DNA from: a virus
Taxonomy: Duplodnaviria > Caudoviricetes
Strand: one strand, 5' to 3'
Virus record (IMG/VR): IMGVR_UViG_3300037233_000021
Span: 1 to 54,787 of that record
Length of the DNA stretch: 54,787 nucleotides
Both the position numbers and the translations under genes were made by a program. The notes below the pieces were generated by a model. That model made no database searches. It was not told the origin of the DNA and saw nothing but the letters and a program-made list of their open reading frames with translations. This document shows, one piece after another, positions 33,822 through 42,809 of this stretch (the stretch's first letter is position 1; each line of letters begins with the position of its first letter).

Positions 33822-34618
33822 TCTGTTTCCTTGTCTGTAGAGGGTTGCCTGGGAGCGGGAGCTTGGGCTGCCGGAGACCCTGCAGGAATAATCTCCGACC
33901 TTATGCCCGTAGCTCCCGCCACCAGGACTTCAGAGTGTACAGGAATCGCGTTCGCATCGCGAGCTTTAGATACAAGATCTGCAGCTTTTCGCATCATCGA
34001 TTCGAGTAACATTAAATCAGCAGTCGGGAGCTTAGATAGCATAGCATGCCCGACCGAGTCTCCGACCTTAGATCCAGCGGGCAGCAGCGGCGTGTTGGCG
34101 AACATACCGATGGTCTTCCCAAGCATCTGTTTCGCCTTGAGCTTGTCGATCAGCTTGACCTCGCCAAGCACTGCGATCATCGGGCACGTCTCGTTAGGCT
34201 TACTGGGGTCTGGCTTCCAGTCCCAGTCCGGTATATAGTTCAGCTCGAACTCCTGGATCGCGGATGCTTCCTCGTCGGTAATCTCTGACATCTTCTTCGG
34301 CCTGCTTGCGCCGGTCTCAGGGTCTGAGACGATGAAATTCTTGAACGTGATATCAGTCATCACGGCGATGGATGTCTGGATGGACGACACACTCACGAGA
34401 GCGCTGCGCCTGATCGACGCCTCAAGCTGAGCGATGTACTCCAGGCACAGGGAGCGTACCCTGCGCGCGCTACCAGTGTGTTCTCCGGCCAGTGAGTACC
34501 CACCTGCTTCCAGCGCCTTGCGTGGCGAGCGGGACTTCACCCACTCCACCGCGAACGCGCGCTGCTGCTCGTTCAGGTCTTCAAGGCCGGTGCCTCGACT
34601 GCGGATCATGGACACCAT
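33818..34618 (-). CDS. terS: Terminase small subunit
   Basis: LNEQQRAF..KA...GYS HTH; VKLIDKLKAKQMLGKTIGMF tail. Confidence 0.8.
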   Translation of the reverse strand: MVSMIRSRGTGLEDLNEQQRAFAVEWVKSRSPRKALEAGGYSLAGEHTGSARRVRSLCLEYIAQLEASIRRSALVSVSSIQTSIAVMTDITFKNFIVSDPETGASRPKKMSEITDEEASAIQEFELNYIPDWDWKPDPSKPNETCPMIAVLGEVKLIDKLKAKQMLGKTIGMFANTPLLPAGSKVGDSVGHAMLSKLPTADLMLLESMMRKAADLVSKARDANAIPVHSEVLVAGATGIRSEIIPAGSPAAQAPAPRQPSTDKETE

Positions 34619-35019
34619 AGCCACTCCCCGTCCTGCATGTAGCGCTGGAAGCTGTCGACGCCCTCTGCCAGTCCGCTGCAAACGTCTGCCCAGTATCCGT
34701 AGGTTCTCATGTTCATCGTGAACGCCAGCTGGTCAGGACTAACCCGTCCGCCTTTCAAGCGCTTCATCTCAAAAAAAGCTCCGTGGTATCCGTGCATGGG
34801 CCACGCGAAAAACAAGTCAGACGCGCCGGGGAGCAGCCCCTGCTTCTTCAAAAAGTTTGAGTACATGGCGCGGTGCTTCGCGTCGCCTGGAAGTTGAGTG
34901 CCGTTCGGAATCAGCATAATCCTATTTCCGAATCCCAGAGCACGGATGTGCTCTACGAGCGCAGCCTGAGCATCCGCCTCGACATCCGGGGTGATCTTTG
35001 GCATATACAGGAAGCGCAT
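34606..35019 (-). CDS. VRR-NUC (PD-(D/E)xK) nuclease / resolvase
   Basis: IPNG..GLLPGASDL..FEMK..GRVSPDQ. Confidence 0.85.
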   Translation of the reverse strand: MRFLYMPKITPDVEADAQAALVEHIRALGFGNRIMLIPNGTQLPGDAKHRAMYSNFLKKQGLLPGASDLFFAWPMHGYHGAFFEMKRLKGGRVSPDQLAFTMNMRTYGYWADVCSGLAEGVDSFQRYMQDGEWLWCP

Positions 35020-35307
35020 TTAATCTATGTCCGCGTCAATCATCTCGATGGCCTCTGCCTTGAACATTTCGATCCAGCCTATAACCGTGATGTCGTCAGA
35101 GATGCCGCGCTGCGCAACGTAGGTATCGCGAAGTTCACCGTCCTTGCTCTCGATGCACACCATGACGATCACGCGCGCAGTATTGCCACGCAGCACTTCT
35201 TTCTCAACCAACTGCTTCGTCTTGTCCAACAGGTCAGCCGGAGTCCAGAGCTTCGGATCATCGAGTCGAGCTGCATCGAGCTTGTCCCTTATTCCTATAA
35301 TCGACAT
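35020..35307 (-). CDS. Hypothetical protein
   Basis: AAGGAG RBS. Confidence 0.65.
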   Translation of the reverse strand: MSIIGIRDKLDAARLDDPKLWTPADLLDKTKQLVEKEVLRGNTARVIVMVCIESKDGELRDTYVAQRGISDDITVIGWIEMFKAEAIEMIDADID

Positions 35308-35678
35308 TCTGCTTTCTCCTTGGAGCTTTTCGGATAGTGCATCCACGCTGGGATGACCTGCAGATTCTCATGAACATGCAGGCCGCTCACGGTTGCCCCA
35401 CAGTACGGTGCTATGTGGTCAACGTGCATCTTCACGCCAGTCTCGTGCTGTAGGTAGGCGGCAAAACGATACGCTAGTTTTATCTTACCACGGTCCGCCC
35501 ACGGTGGCATCCTGTCTAGGCTTCGAGCGCGCTGCACGGACACATTAAACGCGAGGAGCCACGGATGGTCCATCAACCACTTCTGGTTGTATGCTATGTA
35601 CTTGGCGCGATTCAGACGACGCCACTCTACATCCATGACCTTCTTGCGTGCCTTCTGCTCTGGCGTCCAAACCCTCAT
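35295..35678 (-). CDS. HNH endonuclease
   Basis: PPWAD..HVDHIAP..VSGLHVHENLQVI. Confidence 0.8.
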   Translation of the reverse strand: MRVWTPEQKARKKVMDVEWRRLNRAKYIAYNQKWLMDHPWLLAFNVSVQRARSLDRMPPWADRGKIKLAYRFAAYLQHETGVKMHVDHIAPYCGATVSGLHVHENLQVIPAWMHYPKSSKEKAECRL

Positions 35679-36058
35679 AGTCTAACTACCCCCTCAAGCA
35701 ACGGGACAGTTTCAACGTGACATCCTGGGATGGCGATGCGCGTGCGGAGCTGGTACATCTTGATGTTCTGCTCGAAGCAGGTAAAGAGATCAATCGTGAT
35801 TCTGTCACCAGTGCGCCAGTACAGAGTCGCAGGCTTCTGGGATGCCTTGCGGAACAGGACCATCTGCTCGTAGAAGAGCCGGAACATGTCATCGAAGTTC
35901 GCGCCGGGTTCACCCTCGTGCTTCTCGATCCGCAGCTCGAAGTATGGCGTGCGGCTGCACGTTGTCCGGTCGCTGGGCCACTCCGCGATTCGGGTCATGG
36001 CTCCCAGGCGGTCCTCATCGAAGAGCCCGCCGATTGCGTCTACGTGGTACTTGTTCAC
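35675..36058 (-). CDS. Hypothetical protein
   Basis: GTG start overlapping the upstream stop. Confidence 0.6.
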   Translation of the reverse strand: MNKYHVDAIGGLFDEDRLGAMTRIAEWPSDRTTCSRTPYFELRIEKHEGEPGANFDDMFRLFYEQMVLFRKASQKPATLYWRTGDRITIDLFTCFEQNIKMYQLRTRIAIPGCHVETVPLLEGVVRL

Positions 36059-36399
36059 TTGAAGCTCACCTTGTGATCGAGACCGGCGAGCGCGAACACA
36101 TCCACGCCAAGCCGCCGACACACCATCTCCAGGAACTCAAGCTGGGTGCCGTACTTTTCTTCCCACTCGCGCACCGTGATCCCGCCGCCGTCGATGGCGT
36201 CAGGTCCGTCGTAGTGATAACGCGGGTGCAGCGGTATAACCAACCAGTCGGAAGTCTTCTGCCCGAGCCCTTTGTGCAGCTTGATGTCGCGCATCGATCC
36301 GCCATGCACATGATGGATGGACGGATTCGGTTGGTTCGAGATGCAGCAGTTCAGCGCAGCAACCCGACTCCAGTGACGCTTCAGTTCAGCTGTTGCCAT
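36055..36399 (-). CDS. Ref/DUF968-like recombination-enhancement nuclease
   Basis: RVAALNCC..IHH..VIPL..H..WEEKYGTQLE. Confidence 0.75.
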   Translation of the reverse strand: MATAELKRHWSRVAALNCCISNQPNPSIHHVHGGSMRDIKLHKGLGQKTSDWLVIPLHPRYHYDGPDAIDGGGITVREWEEKYGTQLEFLEMVCRRLGVDVFALAGLDHKVSFK

Positions 36400-36703
36400 A
36401 AAACACCGGGTCAGTTGGGTTGGAGGAATGCAGGCCATCTGTACGACCCTGCAGAAACCAATCTTTGCCGCAGGTGTCGCAGCGAGCAAACACCTTCAGG
36501 TACTTGTACCCATAGTCAAGACCTCGCCGGGAGTTCATGATGTGAGCATCCACGATCTCAACATGCTCGTGAGCACATCTGGACATTATAGTGTCCACCA
36601 ATGTCTCTGTCCTGTATACCAAGATATCCAGGCGGCGAGTAAAGAGCCGATACCATGTGATGGGCCAAGTCACCCTACTCCAAAAGTCTTTAAGGACGTT
36701 CAT
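36386..36703 (-). CDS. Hypothetical protein with Zn-ribbon-like motif
   Basis: CAH..CDTCG. Confidence 0.6.
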   Translation of the reverse strand: MNVLKDFWSRVTWPITWYRLFTRRLDILVYRTETLVDTIMSRCAHEHVEIVDAHIMNSRRGLDYGYKYLKVFARCDTCGKDWFLQGRTDGLHSSNPTDPVFYGNS

Positions 36704-37382
36704 AGGTCTCTCCGGTCCACTCCCTGAATTGGGCGTGGAGTGTAGTAAATTTCTGAATAGCCAGTGTGTTTCGTGGGTCGTCCAGCTCCGAGCGGCTGTC
36801 TACCCCAATGTGAGACTTGAGCCATGTGGTGGCTGTGGTCTCGTTCCACCCGCCTTCCTGAATCGTCTCGCGCAACCATTCCCAAAACTGGGGGTTCTTG
36901 CCGAGGATAGCTGCGGTGCCGCTCAGCTTCTTGTCGGCCTTGCGGCCCGCAGTCATGTCCCGCTCTACCTTCTCTCGGCGCTCCTGGTTGATAACGGTAT
37001 TGTCATGATCCAGCTCAACTGCCGCTACCATGTAGCGAGTCCCAGCACGATCAGATGTCCGTCGCAAACACCCCGCAAACGCTACTGGCTCCTCAGGGAA
37101 CTCAAACGACACAACCCACCCGCGAGTCGAGTCTCCCCAAGCAGCAAGCATGACATCTCCCTCATATGGCTTTCCGAAAGCCACCGGGTGAGCTGACACA
37201 ACGAACATTGTGCCTGCTCTGTCGCCGGATCTTTTGGTGTACTGTTTAAAAGGATTTGCCTTCTCTGCGCTACCGGGAAGTTGGATTAAGCGAAACCTAA
37301 CTCGCCAGCCATTTCGGTCGCCCCATGATGCGCCGTCAAATTCAACCTCCCCGCTCCACGCGACAATCCTAGAGTTTTCCAT
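36690..37382 (-). CDS. Hypothetical protein
   Basis: GGAGG RBS; NPQFWEWL..GVDSRSEL motif. Confidence 0.7.
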   Translation of the reverse strand: MENSRIVAWSGEVEFDGASWGDRNGWRVRFRLIQLPGSAEKANPFKQYTKRSGDRAGTMFVVSAHPVAFGKPYEGDVMLAAWGDSTRGWVVSFEFPEEPVAFAGCLRRTSDRAGTRYMVAAVELDHDNTVINQERREKVERDMTAGRKADKKLSGTAAILGKNPQFWEWLRETIQEGGWNETTATTWLKSHIGVDSRSELDDPRNTLAIQKFTTLHAQFREWTGETYERP

Positions 37383-37824
37383 GAAGAGCCTCCACCACAA
37401 CCTTAAGAGTGTCGTCGCCCCACGTACCGAGCGCCGCATTAACGCACCACACCACCACCCTGGTGTTTTCAGGAGTGTATCCAAGCTCTGCAATTTTTCT
37501 ATCCAGACTTGGAGTATACGGAGAGCGCCCGCCGCGTGCATGAAGATCAAAAGCCAAACCGGATAACTCACAGTGTCCGGCTAAAATCTTTCGCAACACC
37601 CACTCAACATTAATAGTCACGAGGTCATGCCTGCGACCGCAATACTTAATCAGGCTGACGGCGCGGCCTCGGGCTGTTTCCCGCCATTTCCTCATAGAGG
37701 CTTTATTTGCATCAGGAAAGCTCACCCTTGACTGTTTGGCTGCGGCATTCAGGCACGCAGCACACCACGACCTGTGGCGGTTTACCCCTTTCTGTCCGCC
37801 ACACTTAGTGCATGCGCTTCTCAT
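37369..37824 (-). CDS. HNH-like homing endonuclease
   Basis: CELSG..PSLDRK..GYTPENTRVV..VN. Confidence 0.75.
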   Translation of the reverse strand: MRSACTKCGGQKGVNRHRSWCAACLNAAAKQSRVSFPDANKASMRKWRETARGRAVSLIKYCGRRHDLVTINVEWVLRKILAGHCELSGLAFDLHARGGRSPYTPSLDRKIAELGYTPENTRVVVWCVNAALGTWGDDTLKVVVEALHGKL

Positions 37825-39641
37825 AAGTACCTCGCGACTTGACCGTTGCGCTCAGACAGGAATTGGTGAGACTGTGTATGAAACCACAGGCGCTGATAGG
37901 GCTCGGTGCCGTCACCGTTCCGCTGCTTGTGAACCTCGCACGTTGCATCAGGCTTGTTCTTCAGCTCCTCCATGAGGATCGCGATCTGCTCGGGAGGCAG
38001 CGTCTGGTTCGGGCTCAGGTACTCGCGGAGCTTCTGCTCTTTACCTTTGTCGCGGAACCACAGGATGACGTTGTCAACTAAGTCCGTGATCGCGCCGGTC
38101 CCTTTGATGGACCACTTGCCGCCCTTCTCTTCGCTCTTGCCTTCGCCCTTGCGCATGTGCGCGACGATCAGCATGTGGACGTTGTGTTCGATACCGAACG
38201 CTGTCGCCATCTCTATGAATCTCTTCTGTCCGTTGTAGTCGTCTTCATCGAGTCCGCACTTGGACATGTTGTCAATGACAAAGAACTTAACTCCGTAGCG
38301 ACGATATGCATACAGGAACACGTCGAGCATTTCTTCCATGCGAGCCTTACCAACGACGTCGAAGACCCAGAGTCTGTCAGCATACCAGTCATGGAGCGCT
38401 CGTAGACGGCTAGGTTCTGGGGACACTGTGCAGAGCGCTTGGCGAGCAATGCGAGCAAGCCAGCGTCGTGGCTTGAATTCAAGGGAAGCGACGCAGGTCC
38501 GAACGTCCTGAGCCAAAGCGCAGAGAGCGATATGTCCAACTCCCTCAGATTTTCCGTGGCCGTTGATGCCAGCCAGTACTGTCGTCTCACCGTATCGAAA
38601 CTGGAATCCTTTTCCCAGCCAGGGCCACGGAGGAGCGAATCCAATATTGCCTTTGTCTTTGGGGTAGAACTCATCGTGAACCTCTTCGTAGTATCCGTCG
38701 GCCTGTCTCAGTTGGGCGGGATCGAGAGCTGTTGCCTCCTCCACCGCTCGTCTAATAACGTCTGTAGGAATGCCGTCTGTGAGGCAATCATTCGCATCCT
38801 TGCGTGGTAGCGTGACCAAGCGGCATCGATGGCGTCCGAGACGATTGATAACTTCTCCGACAGCCTGTTGTCCGGCTTCGTCTTGGTCGAAGGCGATGTA
38901 AAGGATATCGAAACGCTCCAGATTATCCCACTCTGTTGCGATCCAGTCGTGATGACCCTTGCCTGCCCCGTATGGAATACTGAGAGCTGGAAAACCGTAA
39001 ACCCACATTGCCATTGCATCGAGTTGACCCTCAGTTAAGACGACACTGGTGGCGTCGTCAGGTATCGCTTGCCACCCGAACAGGGAAGGCCGCGTGTCTT
39101 TACTGGTCCAGAACTTTTTCGTTGCCGCATCACGGTAGCCAATATGCACCAGCTCCCCTTGTGCGTCAAGGTACGGAAATACAATCGTCTTGCCGTCATC
39201 TGCCATCGCAATTTTGTAGGGTTCAATTGCCTTCTCCAGTCCGCGCTTCACCAACAGCTGGTGAGCGATGTCGAGTTTTGATACAGCAGAGAGCGACGTC
39301 GGACGCTCAGGCTTCTTGTATACCTTTTCCGCGTGCTTCAATGAGAGCGGTGTGTCGGCCACGCCCAGGTATCTCTTCGCTGCCTTGATGCCATCTGAGA
39401 TAGACAGACCCTGACTCTCACGAATCAGGTCAATCAGGTCTCCGCCTATTTCGTTGTTCGCAAAGTCCTTCCAGAGGCCCCGGCGCTCACCAACGAGCTG
39501 AACCTTCAGACTCTGGCCATCCTCTCCAGCTAGAGATCCGACCACCCACTCGTGCCCAACCTTCCTACCGTTCGGAAGGAATTGTCGGCAGATGCTTTCT
39601 ACTTGCCCAGCCAGCGCCTCACGTAGTTGACGCGGCATCAT
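37821..39641 (-). CDS. DNA primase-helicase (TOPRIM + SF4, T7 gp4-like)
   Basis: TEGQLDAM, FDQDEAG, KDAND; Walker A AGINGHGKS; VIDN; KGTGAITD. Confidence 0.92.
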   Translation of the reverse strand: MMPRQLREALAGQVESICRQFLPNGRKVGHEWVVGSLAGEDGQSLKVQLVGERRGLWKDFANNEIGGDLIDLIRESQGLSISDGIKAAKRYLGVADTPLSLKHAEKVYKKPERPTSLSAVSKLDIAHQLLVKRGLEKAIEPYKIAMADDGKTIVFPYLDAQGELVHIGYRDAATKKFWTSKDTRPSLFGWQAIPDDATSVVLTEGQLDAMAMWVYGFPALSIPYGAGKGHHDWIATEWDNLERFDILYIAFDQDEAGQQAVGEVINRLGRHRCRLVTLPRKDANDCLTDGIPTDVIRRAVEEATALDPAQLRQADGYYEEVHDEFYPKDKGNIGFAPPWPWLGKGFQFRYGETTVLAGINGHGKSEGVGHIALCALAQDVRTCVASLEFKPRRWLARIARQALCTVSPEPSRLRALHDWYADRLWVFDVVGKARMEEMLDVFLYAYRRYGVKFFVIDNMSKCGLDEDDYNGQKRFIEMATAFGIEHNVHMLIVAHMRKGEGKSEEKGGKWSIKGTGAITDLVDNVILWFRDKGKEQKLREYLSPNQTLPPEQIAILMEELKNKPDATCEVHKQRNGDGTEPYQRLWFHTQSHQFLSERNGQVARYL

Positions 39642-39721
39642 ACAGGCCTCTCCATCTTACTTTTCATTTTGTGCTGCGATTTGGTCAGTAGCTGTAGTAA
39701 AAACTGAATGTAGCTCATACG

Positions 39722-40090
39722 TTACAGGTCAAACCTCGACATTTCTTTCGGCACACACGCATCGAGCCAACGCCTCTGGTTGAGGTAGGTCGTGGGGTGT
39801 AAAATGTACTGCATGCCGGTGGCGTCAGGTTTCCACTCTTCGGAGGCCAACCTTGATGCCACATTGGTCTGGATGAGGTTGAAGTGCTTATCGCCATCTG
39901 CTCGTCTCCATGCGTTTGCGGCGGCAGGCTTGCCGACCTTTCGTGGGTACAGAAGCCAGAACTCGTTGAAGCGCTGGGGTGAGTCTGCGGCGTCCAGGAT
40001 CTCCTGCGCGCGCATGCACAGGTTCACCACCAGCTGCAGGCCGACTTCTGCACTGGCTTGTTTAATGGCATCGAGTACGCGGTCTCTCAT
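39722..40090 (-). CDS. Short replication-initiator / replisome-organizer-like protein
   Basis: FNEFWLLYPRKVGK..QYILHPTTYLNQRRW. Confidence 0.75.
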   Translation of the reverse strand: MRDRVLDAIKQASAEVGLQLVVNLCMRAQEILDAADSPQRFNEFWLLYPRKVGKPAAANAWRRADGDKHFNLIQTNVASRLASEEWKPDATGMQYILHPTTYLNQRRWLDACVPKEMSRFDL

Positions 40091-40271
40091 AGGCTCAGCT
40101 CCCTCAGTATTGCAGCATCAGCAGCCCGGTGCTGCAACTCAGCGCGGCAGGTCACTCGGGTCTAGGCTGAACCGCACCGCGCTTTCAATCGCCGCAAGTC
40201 CGGCGTCGCCGATCAAGTCGAACGTATGCAGGTGGTTTTTGCTCATGCGGGGGAGTGTACCACAGTTTTTG

Positions 40272-40301
40272 AATAAAAAAAGGCCCATGTGAATCTGGGC
40301 C
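40272..40301 (-). terminator. Rho-independent terminator
   Basis: GGCCCA-N8-TGGGCC followed by T7 on the minus strand. Confidence 0.7.
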
Positions 40302-40361
40302 GAGGGGTTGCTTGACCTTGAGTTGGAGTTATCACGAGCCGGTCAACCGCGCGCCGGGGTA

Positions 40362-40577
40362 TCAGCCCGATTTTGTCAGATCCTGTGCGTGTGCGAGAGC
40401 GAGTAGGTACGGTGCCATCAGGTCTGCCGAGGGAGCGAGCACAAAGCTCATTCGAGTGAAGACCTCAACTGCGCGCTCGAACTCAGCGACGCGCTGTGTC
40501 GGGACGTTCATCTGATCCATGAGCGCATTACGCGCCAGATGTAACTTGAACTGAGCTTCTATCTGGTTCACTGGCAC
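40362..40577 (-). CDS. Hypothetical protein
   Basis: AAGGA RBS, GTG start. Confidence 0.55.
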   Translation of the reverse strand: MPVNQIEAQFKLHLARNALMDQMNVPTQRVAEFERAVEVFTRMSFVLAPSADLMAPYLLALAHAQDLTKSG

Positions 40578-40797
40578 GTTCCTTGGTTAGGTTTTTCCAT
40601 CGGAGAAGGCGCGCACCTGAGTACACGCTCTCGTCCTTCTGTCCGCACTGCAAGCAAGATTCTGTCAGGTAGACCAGCCTGCCACCCTCTAGGGTTCTGC
40701 GAGTCATATCCACACCGCAATGGGTGCGCGTCAATCCGATGCGTAGCTCGAACATACCTATGAGCATAACATATCCCGGAGCATCGTGTGCTGTCAA
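40528..40797 (-). CDS. Hypothetical protein with Zn-ribbon (start uncertain)
   Basis: HCG..CLQCG. Confidence 0.5.
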   Translation of the reverse strand: MTAHDAPGYVMLIGMFELRIGLTRTHCGVDMTRRTLEGGRLVYLTESCLQCGQKDESVYSGARLLRWKNLTKERASEPDRSSVQVTSGA

Positions 40798-41024
40798 ACT
40801 AAAAGCTGTCGGCAGTCCAGGAACCGTGTTAAGATAAGGGAACCTACGGAGGGTTCTACCTCCTACTCTTGGAGTACCGAAGGTACGAAGGGCTAACAGT
40901 TCGATCCGAATCTAATCTCTACTGTAGAGATAGCATCAGGAATAGGATTCGAACTTTAAGTGTTTTTTTTCTGCAGTCTGATTCGGAAGTCTATACCAGT
41001 AATTATCTAAGAGGGATATGTCAA

Positions 41025-41183
41025 ATGGCTAGAGTTGACCTGGATTCCCTCACCGAAACTGAACGCCGGGATGAGCTGCGATTCCGCACAGTCCTGATGA
41101 ACCTCCAGCGCGCCTGGAAAAAAAATGATCTTCCACCTACCTTAACTCCAGAAGAGTGTGCTATCATCTGGTCAGATGATTGA
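41025..41183 (+). CDS. Hypothetical protein
   Basis: First ORF of the plus operon. Confidence 0.6.
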   Translation: MARVDLDSLTETERRDELRFRTVLMNLQRAWKKNDLPPTLTPEECAIIWSDD

Positions 41184-41196
41184 ACTGAGGTAGCCA

Positions 41197-41499
41197 ATGG
41201 ACATGTCGATCCCCACACAGACTCTCGCTGACGGCTCGCAGTACCGTATCACTCCGCAGGTAATGACGATCCTGACGATTCTGATGTCCATGTCTCTCGA
41301 AGAGTACACTCAGGCGCGGCTGTTTCTGTCGCCCTGGCAGTTCTTCTACTCGTTCATGCGTCGTAACGATCTGGCGTTAGAGTCATTCGAGGCTCTCGTC
41401 CAGCGCGACTACTGGCGGTGGCAGACCCAGGTGCTCGGCACGAACATCGGCAAGTCAGCCGCAGACGTCCCCATCCCCCCCAAGAAGTCGCAAAATTAA
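41197..41499 (+). CDS. Hypothetical protein
   Basis: GAGGT RBS. Confidence 0.7.
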   Translation: MDMSIPTQTLADGSQYRITPQVMTILTILMSMSLEEYTQARLFLSPWQFFYSFMRRNDLALESFEALVQRDYWRWQTQVLGTNIGKSAADVPIPPKKSQN

Positions 41500-41509
41500 A
41501 GGAACTGAT

Positions 41510-42088
41510 ATGGCATTCGGACCCAACATTGCGAAAGCTCTACTTAGCCTTCAAGCGAAGGCCCCGCAGATCATCAAAAACCAGGAAGCTGACGCGGTCA
41601 AGTTCAAGTACATGTACGCGAGCTTGCCGGACATCTTCGCGATTTTCAAGCCGCTACTGACAGAGATGGGTATTCTGATCATGCAGCCCACGGCAACCAA
41701 GGTGCACGGCGGCGTCGCGTTCGTTGGCGTGTCAACTCAGATGGTGCACGTCGAGTCGATGGAAGACGTTTGCACGGACTCACTCAGCACACCGGCGAAA
41801 GACCCGCAAGACCTGGGCAAGGTCATCACGTACCTGCGCCGCTACCAGTTCAACTCCCTGCTCGGGATAGCCCCTGCCGGTGAGGACGACGACTGTGTGT
41901 TGATCACGAAGGATGCAGACCCGGTCTTGTCGATCAAGCTCGCAGAGATCAAGCGACTCGTGACACTGACCAAGACCGACCCTGATGCGGTGAAGCTCTA
42001 CTTCGGCGTGAAGTACTTCGATGAACTCACAGACGTCCAGCAGGACGACTGCATCGCGACCCTCCTGGTCAAGTCTGGTGCCAAGTGA
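41510..42088 (+). CDS. erf: ERF-family single-strand annealing protein
   Basis: YMYASLPDI..QDLGKVITYLRRYQ..GI..EDDD. Confidence 0.88.
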   Translation: MAFGPNIAKALLSLQAKAPQIIKNQEADAVKFKYMYASLPDIFAIFKPLLTEMGILIMQPTATKVHGGVAFVGVSTQMVHVESMEDVCTDSLSTPAKDPQDLGKVITYLRRYQFNSLLGIAPAGEDDDCVLITKDADPVLSIKLAEIKRLVTLTKTDPDAVKLYFGVKYFDELTDVQQDDCIATLLVKSGAK

Positions 42089-42528
42089 TACCCACCAGCA
42101 AAATTGAAGCGATTCTCGGGCGCAGCCGCAATGGCCGGTGGGTCCGTCATCCCGACACGTACCTTGGTAAATTGCAGATGGCGCGCGCTCTCCTGACGCG
42201 CGAGAACTGGATTCAGGGCGCATACGCTGTTGATCGCCAGGGCCGCGAGCTGAAGACTGCGCGCACCAAGCAGGCAGTGAAGTTCTGCATGCTCGGAGCC
42301 ACCGAGAACGTCAGCGCCGACTACCAGCAGTACTGGCTCTTGAAGAGCCTGCTCGCTGCCGCTGCCGACGTACCAGTTGGAGATCTGTCCAAGCTCAACG
42401 ACTCGAAGCCAGCGCCGAAGGTTGAGGAGAAAGACACCGGCAAAGAACATCCTGATCTGGCCTACGCTCTGGTGCTCGCGATCTACGACGTGGCTATCAA
42501 GTCTCTGCAGCTCTTGGTGACGGAATGA
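42085..42528 (+). CDS. Hypothetical protein (WIQG..FCMLGA family)
   Basis: Recognisable small phage family motif. Confidence 0.7.
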   Translation: MIPTSKIEAILGRSRNGRWVRHPDTYLGKLQMARALLTRENWIQGAYAVDRQGRELKTARTKQAVKFCMLGATENVSADYQQYWLLKSLLAAAADVPVGDLSKLNDSKPAPKVEEKDTGKEHPDLAYALVLAIYDVAIKSLQLLVTE

Positions 42529-42809
42529 AATACCCAGACGTACCGGGGCACGAGGATGCAGCAACCTCAAAAGCTGCTGCTGCCTCTGTTGCTCGGACTG
42601 CAGCATCGATGCGGACAAAAGTGTTTCGAGCGATCCTCGAAGCCGGATATGCTGGGATGACGTGCAATGAAATCGAGATCGCACTTGGCATGCGCCACCA
42701 GACAGCGTCCGCTCGCGTGAGAGAGTTGTTCCTGCTGGCTGACATCAATGACTGGCACTTGGTACGTAAGACGCGCTCGGGGCGCAACGCCACGGTGTGG
42801 TTTGCATGA
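42525..42809 (+). CDS. Winged-HTH DNA-binding protein
   Basis: TSKAAA..GMTCNEIE..HQTASARVREL..TRSGR.A.VW. Confidence 0.8.
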   Translation: MKYPDVPGHEDAATSKAAAASVARTAASMRTKVFRAILEAGYAGMTCNEIEIALGMRHQTASARVRELFLLADINDWHLVRKTRSGRNATVWFA

